Origin: Chloroflexota bacterium
GTDB taxonomy: Bacteria; Chloroflexota; UBA11872; VXNJ01
Direction: 5' to 3'
Length of the DNA stretch: 64,000 nt
Assembly (NCBI GenBank): GCA_965207915.1
Contig: OZ242304.1
Coordinates: 92,524 to 156,523 of the forward strand
How positions within the stretch are numbered: the first letter of the stretch is position 1; each line of letters starts with the position of its first letter. The notes under the pieces are model-generated. The model was not told the origin of the DNA. It did not search any database and was given only the letters and a program-made list of their open reading frames with translations. The translations under genes and the position numbers were made by a program. Of this stretch, positions 45,801 through 53,015 are shown piece after piece.

Positions 45801-47371
45801 AGCAACCAGCGCAATTCGGCGAGTTCGCCAAGCTCGGGCGGAATCTGCCCGCTCAGGCGATTGTCGGAAAGGTCGAGGCGCCGCAGGCGCGCGAGCTGGG
45901 CGAGCGCCGGCGGCACCGGGCCGGTCAGATCGCAGTTGTTGAGGAAAAGCCATTCGAGGCGATCCATGCCGCCGATCCAGTATGGAATCGTCCCGTTGAG
46001 GCGGTTCCCACCGAGCTCCAGGCGGCGCAGGCCCTCGATCTCGGCCAGTTGAGTCGGAATCGGTCCGGATAGCGAGTTGTTGCTCAGGTCGATCCATTCG
46101 AGCCGCTCCATGCCCGCCAGCCAGACCGGTATGTGACCGGCGAAGTGGTTGCCGCCCAGGACAAGCTCGCGCAGCCGGTCTAGATTGAGCAATTCGACCG
46201 GGATCGCCCCCATGAATACATTTCGCTCCAGGTGCAGCTGCTCCAATCCGGCGAGTTCGCCGATCCAGTCCGGCAGCCCCTCCTGGAACCGGTTGCCACC
46301 CAGCCGCAGGGACTGCAGCGCGGAAAGGCCGCGCACCGCGGCTGGAAACGGCCCGTCGAGCGAGTTTTCGGACAAGTCCAGCTCGCGAAGCTGGCCGAAC
46401 TCGCCGATTGCCGCCGGCACCGGTCCGGTGAGTTCATTGCGGGCGAGCCGGAGGACTCGCAGCCGGCTCTCTTCTGGGACCTGGTCCGGAATCGGGCCGG
46501 CTAAGCTGTTCCCGGAAAGATCGAGGTGCTCGAGCGCGGGCAAGGTGAGCAAGTCACCTGGCAGCGTGCCGTCCAGACCGTTGTCCGTCAGGTCCAGCAC
46601 GGCCAGCGAATTGAGTGACGTAATTGAGGGCGGGATTGGCCCGGAAAGCTGGTTTCCGGAAAGGCGCAGACTCGTCAGCGTTTGCAGATCGCCCAGTTCC
46701 GGCGGGATCTGGCCGGTGAGCATGTTTGCGGACAAGTCGATCCGGCGCAATCCGGCGATTGACCCGAACCCGGGCGGGATGCGGTCCAGCAGGCGATTGC
46801 CGGATAGGTCCATGATTTCCAGGGACGCGAGTTCGGCAATCTCGTCGGGAATGCGACCGACGAGCCGGTTGTCGGAAAGGTCAAGCAGGGTCAGGCTCGC
46901 GGCCGACCCCAAGGCACGCGGAATCGATCCGCTGAGCCGGTTGCCGCGCAGGGAAAGCGACCGCAGTTGTGCCAGCTTGCCGAACCGGACCGGTATCGCC
47001 CCGCGCAGGGCGTTGGCCGACAGATCCAGCTGCCCAAGGCGCTCGAGTTCGCCCAGCTCCGGTGCGATCTCGCCGCGGAGCCCGTTGCCCGCAAGACCGA
47101 TCGCCGTGACGTTGCCTTCTTCGTCGGTAGTGACTCCGTGCCATTCGGATAGCGGCGATTCGGTCAACCATCCTGACGAATCGACCCATTCGGCACCGCC
47201 GGCCGACTCGAAAAAGCCCTCCAGGATCGCCCTTTCGGCCGGTTCGGATGCAATTGCCCGCTCGGCATCGGGCTGCCCGCCCACGGGGTCGGCGGTGCGC
47301 TGACCGTTGTCCTCGACGGGCGCCAGGGTCAAGGTCGCGAATGCCAGCAGGGCGATGACCGGTTCACGCAC
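42899..47371 (-). CDS. large exported leucine-rich-repeat protein (plant-type 24-residue LRRs) with beta-sandwich and FN3-like domains
   Basis: 1,490-aa ORF with a GTG start and a hydrophobic N-terminus (VIALLAFATLTLAPV). It contains 28 + 6 consecutive 24-aa repeats fitting LxxLxxLxLxxNxLsGxIPxxLgxLxx. The C-terminus is FN3-like (LLRWGAPQDPDGPPITGYHVRY..YAFQVRTVSGNEIGEWS). Confidence 0.85.
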   Translation of the reverse strand: MREPVIALLAFATLTLAPVEDNGQRTADPVGGQPDAERAIASEPAERAILEGFFESAGGAEWVDSSGWLTESPLSEWHGVTTDEEGNVTAIGLAGNGLRGEIAPELGELERLGQLDLSANALRGAIPVRFGKLAQLRSLSLRGNRLSGSIPRALGSAASLTLLDLSDNRLVGRIPDEIAELASLEIMDLSGNRLLDRIPPGFGSIAGLRRIDLSANMLTGQIPPELGDLQTLTSLRLSGNQLSGPIPPSITSLNSLAVLDLTDNGLDGTLPGDLLTLPALEHLDLSGNSLAGPIPDQVPEESRLRVLRLARNELTGPVPAAIGEFGQLRELDLSENSLDGPFPAAVRGLSALQSLRLGGNRFQEGLPDWIGELAGLEQLHLERNVFMGAIPVELLNLDRLRELVLGGNHFAGHIPVWLAGMERLEWIDLSNNSLSGPIPTQLAEIEGLRRLELGGNRLNGTIPYWIGGMDRLEWLFLNNCDLTGPVPPALAQLARLRRLDLSDNRLSGQIPPELGELAELRWLLLSGNLLTGQIPQELVAIAGLERLHLGENLFAGPVPELLGEFGRLRELELHSNRFSGPLPAALADLRQLRILRLDSNSLSGPIPKWATELTELTYLNLARNRFIGEIPTEIGGLERLRRLRLEHNLLNGPLPETLADLSALTDLRANGNNLSGPLPQGLDRLQALTRLHLQHNALSGEIPPGIGELVRMYSLDLSNNNFTGPLPTGLGNLAELFELYLAGNRFTGCVPTEALALELGFTDLDQLSLPACDVALAELTVRGGAMTPGFASDRFEYRFVTDPVEGPPAPLTLTPVAFPGAGRLEFLDGDGIPLDDADPALDGFQMALPDAGSSGYPFSLRVRLSAPERTSEYRFEVGRPRPDDAGLFGVLIDQRPIVGDREIAHRVGHATRTLAIRPLPANPGASASISGIPFEIDAGGIAHLRLAVGLNRALIRTVSPDRSAVGTAEISIERLPDERAILGELFHAVGGPGWRAADGWLSPVPLADWHGVETDRAGRVIELDLAGNGLNGVLPQSITGLAHMRRLLLADNSLSGPIPGSLAGLTELLELDLAGNRFAGPVPVELARLPQLRVLGLDRNRFEGPIPEELAELTGLVALGLSENRLVGQIPGRLQRLDRLEILRLAGNRLTGCVPAGMRNNTLRFHDFAELGLPYCDIGLTRLETGPAVLVPTFDPERTRYRLSIQPADPPIDRITVNAAAFEPESRVLFLDAGFEQLEDADPTLSGFQFDLADLAADSQPKILRVRVRSRTFLQTYTLWIERARPGDAGLHSVAFSGSISSLPADRNVLRRQVATETESIEFAPIPTDPAATHQLLALLGPDGNRQPLPDSGNIPLRIGPNILIARITAADGTRHRDYVFVIVRASGPPGASAITSAARSADSALLRWGAPQDPDGPPITGYHVRYIFAGAAGLADFYWTFAGRARNDLETVQVISGLEPGLAYAFQVRTVSGNEIGEWSDAALLGPVD
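43883..44314 (-). repeat. coding tandem repeat: 6 x 72 bp (LRR module 2, aa 1020-1163)
   Basis: Runs from VIELDLAGNGLNGVLPQSITGLAH to LEILRLAGNRLTGCVPAGMRNNTL. Boundaries were verified against the DNA codons. Confidence 0.85.
45095..47110 (-). repeat. coding tandem repeat: 28 x 72 bp (LRR module 1, aa 88-759)
   Basis: I counted the repeats one by one from VTAIGLAGNGLRGEIAPELGELER to LFELYLAGNRFTGCVPTEALALEL. There is no phase break or insertion. Boundaries were verified against the DNA codons. Confidence 0.85.
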
Positions 47372-47462
47372 GACTGATCCCTGGCCTCACCAGATCCGAT
47401 GCCCGGTTGATGATTTCACAACGCCCGGACGGCGTTTCCGGACCTGCCGGTGCCGGGCCGGG

Positions 47463-49058
47463 TCAAACCAGCTTGCCGGCCTGGATGATTGCGGCGCCGC
47501 GTTCACCGATCATGTAAGTCGGTGCCTGCGTGTTGCCGCTGACAAGACGCGGCATCACCGATGCGTCGATCACCCGCAGGCGGTCCAGGCCGCGAATCCG
47601 CAGCTGGTTGTCAACGACCGCCATCTCGCCGTTGCCCATTGCGCAGGACCCCACCGGATGATGGCCGGTTTTTGCCCAACCGCGGATGTATTCCCGGATC
47701 TGGTCGTCGTCGGCGACCGCCGCCCCCGGCACGCGTTCCTCGCGGACTAAACCCGACAGCGCGCGGGTCGCAAGGAACCGGCGGCCCCATTTGATCCCCT
47801 CGACCGCGATCCTCAGGTCATGCCCCTGCGGATCCGAACAGAAGTTTGGATCTATCCGCGGGGGATCGTCGGGGTCGGGCGAATTGAGGGTCAATGAACC
47901 CCTGCTGCGGGGTCGGGTGTTGAGGATAAACAGACTCATCCCGTGCCCGTCGAGCAGCATCGGGCCGTCCTTGACCACCACGAACGATGGCAGGCAGTGG
48001 ATCTGGATGTCGGGCCCTGCGACTGAATCGTCCGAACGGACGAATGCGCCGGCCTCGGCAATCGCCGCGGCCATCGGACCGGTACCGAAGAGCTTGTACC
48101 GGAGCATGTGGCGAAGGCGGTTGTGGACCCGGTTTCGGCGGGAGTAGGAGACCGGCCGGGTCTCGGCGGCGATGAATACGTCCATATGGTCCTGGAAGTT
48201 CTTGCCCACGCCGGGCAGGTCGTGCACGACCTCGATGCCGAGATCTGATAACTCGTCGGCGGGTCCGATTCCGGAGAGCAGGAGGAGCCGCGGCGAATTG
48301 ATCGTTCCGCCGCTGACGATGACTTCGCATTCGGCATTTATGGTTTTGCGCCGGCCCAGTTGACGGTACTCAACGCCGACCGCGCAACCGCCCTCGACCA
48401 GGATCCGGGTTGCCAGGGCGCGGGTGTGGACGGTGAGGTTTTCGCGCCGGTCTACCGGATGCAGAAAGGCGGTGGCGGCGCTTTCGCGACGCCCGTTCCG
48501 GCGCGTCTGATCGTAGAGCGTGACTCCGTCCTGAACGGACCCGTTCACGTCTTCGTTTTGGGCGAGGCCTAGCTCCTGGCCGGCCTCGACGAACGCCCTC
48601 GTAAGCGGGTTGTAGGTGGTCTGCCGGGCCACGCCCAACTCGCCCTCGGTTCCGTGGTACCCGTCGCTCAAGCGCGCGTGCCGCTCCGAACGGCGGAACC
48701 AGGGAAGGACGTCGGCGTATCCCCAGCCGGGATTGCCGAGCGATTGCCATAGGTCGTAGTCGCGGGGTTGTCCGCGAACGTAGATCATCGCGTTCACCGA
48801 GGTTGATCCGCCCAGCGTCCGACCCTGCGGGTACCAGAGCCGGCGGTCGTTTAGCTGCGGCTGCGGGGCGCTACTGAATCCCCAGTCGAACTCCGGGGCG
48901 GCCAATCGGGTCACGCCGGCCGGAATGTGTATGAGCGGGTTCGAATCCGGCGGCCCGGCTTCGAGCAGGGCGACGTTGTTGCCCGGGTCCTGGCTCAATC
49001 GGTTGGCCACCACGCAGCCGGCCGCCCCGGCGCCCACGATTACGTGCGTGTAACGCAC
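47463..49058 (-). CDS. GMC family oxidoreductase (choline dehydrogenase-like)
   Basis: HVIVGAGAAGCVVANRLS FAD motif, GGSTSVNAMIYVRG, and a C-terminal HPVGSCAMG active-site region. GTG start. Confidence 0.9.
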   Translation of the reverse strand: MRYTHVIVGAGAAGCVVANRLSQDPGNNVALLEAGPPDSNPLIHIPAGVTRLAAPEFDWGFSSAPQPQLNDRRLWYPQGRTLGGSTSVNAMIYVRGQPRDYDLWQSLGNPGWGYADVLPWFRRSERHARLSDGYHGTEGELGVARQTTYNPLTRAFVEAGQELGLAQNEDVNGSVQDGVTLYDQTRRNGRRESAATAFLHPVDRRENLTVHTRALATRILVEGGCAVGVEYRQLGRRKTINAECEVIVSGGTINSPRLLLLSGIGPADELSDLGIEVVHDLPGVGKNFQDHMDVFIAAETRPVSYSRRNRVHNRLRHMLRYKLFGTGPMAAAIAEAGAFVRSDDSVAGPDIQIHCLPSFVVVKDGPMLLDGHGMSLFILNTRPRSRGSLTLNSPDPDDPPRIDPNFCSDPQGHDLRIAVEGIKWGRRFLATRALSGLVREERVPGAAVADDDQIREYIRGWAKTGHHPVGSCAMGNGEMAVVDNQLRIRGLDRLRVIDASVMPRLVSGNTQAPTYMIGERGAAIIQAGKLV

Positions 49059-49187
49059 CGCTCACCGACTCGGACTTGCAGTAGCTATTTGCGCGGTCGC
49101 CATCCTCGGACCGGTTCCTCCCCGACCGGAATGTCGGCGCCGAATTTCGTGCGCCGGCCCGGCAATTTCAGTATCGGGACAACGGAC

Positions 49188-50657
49188 CTACTGGTACATG
49201 ATCAGATCCGGCCGCCGGTCTATGGCCTGGACCTGCTCGGGAGTCATCGGCGGCGTGTCCTGGTCGAAAAAGATCTTGAAGGCCGGTCGCTCCGACGGTG
49301 CGGTCAGGGCGTACCAGCCGTAATGCCGCAGCTTGATGCCGATCCCGCCGAACCCGTCCATGTCGATCGATAGTTCGACGTCGTCGACGCTCTCGATGGC
49401 GGCGCGGTCCTCGATCATGTGCGCGGTGAACTGGTGCACCATCAGGATCTTGGGCGGTATGCCCTCCTGGCGCGACAGGTCGGCCAGATAGTGCTGGACC
49501 GCGTTGATCTGGTCCGCATTGATGCCTCCGATGGCCAGCCCGGGCCGCAGTCCGGAGGTCTCGGTGGCAAATTCAGGGTCGAGGGCCATGTGCACGAACG
49601 GCTCGCGCAGGAACTCCTCCAGCAGCTGGACCTCCCGCAAGGGATCGCTCCAGCCGATCTGGACATCCAGGAACAGCAGCATCCCGCGTTCGCGGGCCGC
49701 TTCCACATAGGGGGCGATACCGGCCCGAGGCAGCCGGTAAAGCCAGGTTCCGTCGGCAGTCGGATTGGCCTGGGCCACGCCGGTGATCAGGTGGTAGGCC
49801 GGGATCACCGCGCGCGGTCCATTCAGGGCGTCGTAGCGCGCCGCCCAGACCGCGATTTCGTCCGCCACCTCGGCCGGCGATCCGTGTCCCAGCACGCCCA
49901 TCACCGGCACATTCGGGTGCCCGTAGAACGAAACCACCTGGGCATCCTCGAACACCGAACGCCGCGTCGGCGGCCGGGGGAACGTCCAGGCCCGGTCCCG
50001 ATCTGACACGAGCAGGTAGCTCCGGCCCGGCACCAGGTGCGAAAGACCGCTCAGCACCCGTGGCACGTCATCGCCCCAGCCCAGGATCAACGGTGAACTG
50101 CCCGGCACCAGCGACCAGACGGTGAGCCCGGGGACCGTACCCCCGCCGTTGCGCTCCCAGTTCAGCCAGCCGAGCGCCCTACCGGCGAACGCATCGCCGA
50201 TTGCGGTCCGCGGGCCGGTCCATTTCACCCACGTCGACCCCCGGCGGAGCAGGACGTCGCACTGCGGGAGGGCTCCGAGTCCGTTGATCGGGACAGCGGC
50301 GGACCAGTTCAGGTCGGAGGAATATGCCAGCACCCGGGCCGATTGGCCGTGGCAGAGATACGCGCGCTTGTAGTCGATTCGGACCGGTGAGGGTCCGGCG
50401 ACCCAGTGCTCCGAAAAACCGCCGCCGGGAGCGCGCAACTTCACCCGCGCGGGTCGGTCGCAATCGATCGTTATCGCCAGCGGGGTGCTGAGCGGCGAGC
50501 CGGCCACCAGATCGACACCGCCCGGTCCGTTGACTGCCGCGGCGGTGACCTGGCACGGCCCGGAAGCGGCCGCCGGAGTTGCTCCGGCGAGCGTAAAGGC
50601 GAATACGCCAAGCAGCGCCAGCAACGGTAGGGCTCTCAACGGAGGCAGTCGCCGCAT
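49188..50657 (-). CDS. secreted protein of unknown function
   Basis: Clear signal peptide (MRRLPPLRALPLLALLGVFAFTLAGATPAAAS). The N-terminal domain of about 200 aa has 4 Cys. The C-terminal domain of about 270 aa (VSFYGHPNVPVMGVLG...LFLDVQIGW...ALDPEF...LMVHQF) resembles a conserved actinobacterial lipoprotein family of unknown function. Confidence 0.6.
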   Translation of the reverse strand: MRRLPPLRALPLLALLGVFAFTLAGATPAAASGPCQVTAAAVNGPGGVDLVAGSPLSTPLAITIDCDRPARVKLRAPGGGFSEHWVAGPSPVRIDYKRAYLCHGQSARVLAYSSDLNWSAAVPINGLGALPQCDVLLRRGSTWVKWTGPRTAIGDAFAGRALGWLNWERNGGGTVPGLTVWSLVPGSSPLILGWGDDVPRVLSGLSHLVPGRSYLLVSDRDRAWTFPRPPTRRSVFEDAQVVSFYGHPNVPVMGVLGHGSPAEVADEIAVWAARYDALNGPRAVIPAYHLITGVAQANPTADGTWLYRLPRAGIAPYVEAARERGMLLFLDVQIGWSDPLREVQLLEEFLREPFVHMALDPEFATETSGLRPGLAIGGINADQINAVQHYLADLSRQEGIPPKILMVHQFTAHMIEDRAAIESVDDVELSIDMDGFGGIGIKLRHYGWYALTAPSERPAFKIFFDQDTPPMTPEQVQAIDRRPDLIMYQ

Positions 50658-50886
50658 GCCAAGTCGATTCCAAGCGCTCGAGTGTTCCTCATTTTCGCCG
50701 ATCGTATCAAGGGCCGCCGCGGGATTTGCCGGGCGGCAACCACATCGTGTGGGCGGATGGCCGGCCCGCGCCGCAGATTACTACCGGCTGGGTCCGGCAA
50801 TGATCGGCCGGCATCGCCTAAATTGAAGCTATCGCGATGGCCGACGGTGGGGCGGCCTCCGTCGCCGAGGGATCCGGGGGCAATTA

Positions 50887-52005
50887 GTGAAGATCACCAA
50901 GGTTGAGACGCTTTACCTGCGTCTTCCGGCGGTAAATCCGCGGACCGACAGCGGTCAGGACGCCCTGATCGTTCGGGTCGAGACCGACACCGGAATACAC
51001 GGGATCGGCGAGGTTGATTCGGCGCCGATGGCGGTCAAGGGACTGATCGAGGGACCCTATTCCCATCCGCTGATCTGCGGCCTCGGGGAATTGCTTGTCG
51101 GCGAGGATCCGCTGCGGACCGAATTCCTCTGGCAGAAGATGTACCGCCAGAACATCTATGCCGCGCGCCGCGGGGTCGGCATCCACGCCATGAGCGGAAT
51201 CGACATCGCCCTCTGGGACATCAAGGGCAAGGCGCTGGGGCTGCCGGTCTGGAAGCTGCTGGGCGGGGGATTTCACGACCGAATCCGCGCCTACGCGAGT
51301 GCTCTTTTCGGATTGACCCCGGCCGAGACGCGGAGCCGCGCCGAGCGGTTCCGCGACCGCGGTTTCGACGCCGTCAAGTTCGGCTGGGAGCCGATGGGGC
51401 AGAGCCGGGAAACCGACATCGCGCTGGTGCGCGAGGCCCGCGCCGGTCTGGGTGACGACGCCGACCTGATGATCGACGCCGGCATGGTCTGGGACGCCAA
51501 GACCGCCATTCAGAGGGCTCGCCGGTTTGCCGATTACGACATCTACTGGCTGGAGGAGCCCCTGCACCCGGACGATTACGAAGGGTACGCGCGGCTTAGC
51601 GCGGCCACCGACCTGCCGATCGCGGCCGGCGAAGAAGAGAGTGAGCGCCGTTCGTTTATCGAACTGATGGACAAGGGCAAGATCGACATCGTGCAGATCG
51701 ATCTGACCCGCTGCGGCGGTTTCACCGAAGCCGTAAAGATCGCCAGCCTGGCCGCCGATCGCGGGCTGCGTTGCGTCAATCACGGATTCACCACCTACAT
51801 CAACGTCGCCGCCGCGTTGCACTTTCTCAATTCGATCCCCAATTCGTTCATAACTGAATTCGTCGTCGAAGAGGGTACGACCCTGCGCGATCAAATCACC
51901 CGCCAGCGCCTGAGCGCGGTCGACGGGATGCTGGCGGTGCCCCAGGAACCCGGACTGGGGATCGACCTCGACCCCGACGGCGTCGAAAAGTTCCGCGTCG
52001 CCTGA
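50887..52005 (+). CDS. enolase-superfamily enzyme (mandelate racemase subgroup, acid-sugar dehydratase-like)
   Basis: MKITKVETLYLRLP.., GIDIALWDIKGKALGLPVWKLLGG, with metal ligands in LMIDAG, WLEEP and AAGEE. GTG start. Confidence 0.85.
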   Translation: MKITKVETLYLRLPAVNPRTDSGQDALIVRVETDTGIHGIGEVDSAPMAVKGLIEGPYSHPLICGLGELLVGEDPLRTEFLWQKMYRQNIYAARRGVGIHAMSGIDIALWDIKGKALGLPVWKLLGGGFHDRIRAYASALFGLTPAETRSRAERFRDRGFDAVKFGWEPMGQSRETDIALVREARAGLGDDADLMIDAGMVWDAKTAIQRARRFADYDIYWLEEPLHPDDYEGYARLSAATDLPIAAGEEESERRSFIELMDKGKIDIVQIDLTRCGGFTEAVKIASLAADRGLRCVNHGFTTYINVAAALHFLNSIPNSFITEFVVEEGTTLRDQITRQRLSAVDGMLAVPQEPGLGIDLDPDGVEKFRVA

Positions 52006-52024
52006 AGGGCGCGGATTCGGCGCG

Positions 52025-52996
52025 CTAGACCCCGAGCGCCCGGCCCAGGGCCGCCAGCTCGTCGGCGATCCAGCGCCGTGAGAGGGCGGCGTCCGGAATG
52101 CTTATCGCCGAGCCGTGGTACGCGCCCGGGTAGACGTGCAGCTCGACCGGGACGCCGGCGTGCGACATCGCCCGGGCGTAGGCGACATCTTCGTCTAGCA
52201 GCCCGTCGAGATCGCCGACGTTTACGTAGGCCGGCGGCAGCCCGGCCAGTTCGGTGGCCCGCGCCGGGGCGGCGTATGGAGAGATCTCGGCGCCGCCGGC
52301 GTTGCCCTCCAGGTAGGCATTCCAGGCGGCCAGGTTCGAGTCTCGGTCCCAGGTTCGCGGGTCGAGGACAGCGTGGCTGCTGCGGGTTTCGGCGCGGTCG
52401 TCGAGCATCGGCGCGTTCAGCAACTGCAGACAGGGGAGAAATTCGCCGCGGTCGCGGGCCAGGAGGGAAAGCGCTGCCGAAAGCAGGCCGCCGGCGCTGA
52501 TGCCGGCCACCGCTATGCGATCGCGGTCGACATCGAACTCGGAGCCGGTCAGGGCCAGCCACTTGAATCCCGCGTAGCAGTCCTCCAGCGGGATCGGAAA
52601 CGGGTGCTCGGGGGCGCGGCGGTACTCGACCGAAGAAACCAGCACGTTGAGAGCGGCCGCCATGTTGGCGCAATATGGATCGTTCATGTCGGCCTGGCCC
52701 AGGACCGTTCCGCCGCCGTGGATCCAGTAGACCGCCGCCGCCCGTTCGGGCAGGTCGTGCGGGCGGTAGGCGCGAAGCTCGACGTCGGGCCCGTTGGACG
52801 GACCGGGGACAAATCGGGTGGAGACGTCCACGGCGGCCGGCATCGGCGCGGCCGGCAATTTCGCCCGCTGGGCCGCCGTCCAGTCGCGCAGCGCCGGGAT
52901 GTCGGACCAGTCGCGCGCGGTCAACGGCAGCGAATCGAATACGCGCCGGTGCTCCTCGTCGAGACGCGAGCTTATGTCGATGACGTCTATATCCAC
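52025..52996 (-). CDS. alpha/beta hydrolase (HSL-family esterase), tandem copy A
   Basis: WIHGGGT oxyanion motif, EYRRAPEHPFP, and GISAGG nucleophile elbow. Confidence 0.85.
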   Translation of the reverse strand: MDIDVIDISSRLDEEHRRVFDSLPLTARDWSDIPALRDWTAAQRAKLPAAPMPAAVDVSTRFVPGPSNGPDVELRAYRPHDLPERAAAVYWIHGGGTVLGQADMNDPYCANMAAALNVLVSSVEYRRAPEHPFPIPLEDCYAGFKWLALTGSEFDVDRDRIAVAGISAGGLLSAALSLLARDRGEFLPCLQLLNAPMLDDRAETRSSHAVLDPRTWDRDSNLAAWNAYLEGNAGGAEISPYAAPARATELAGLPPAYVNVGDLDGLLDEDVAYARAMSHAGVPVELHVYPGAYHGSAISIPDAALSRRWIADELAALGRALGV

Positions 52997-53015
52997 CTTC
53001 GCTGCCTCCTGGTTG

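Noticed and set aside
45095-47110. Regular 72-bp periodicity that could be mistaken for a CRISPR or other non-coding tandem array.
   Set aside because: The period is exactly 24 codons of one continuous ORF encoding LRR units. The units are divergent at the DNA level and there is no repeat/spacer alternation.
48937-48948. GGGTTCGAATCC, a tRNA T-loop-like motif.
   Set aside because: The flanks do not form a T-stem (GCGGG versus CCGGC) and there is no acceptor or anticodon arm. The motif lies inside the well-supported N-terminal coding region of the GMC oxidoreductase.
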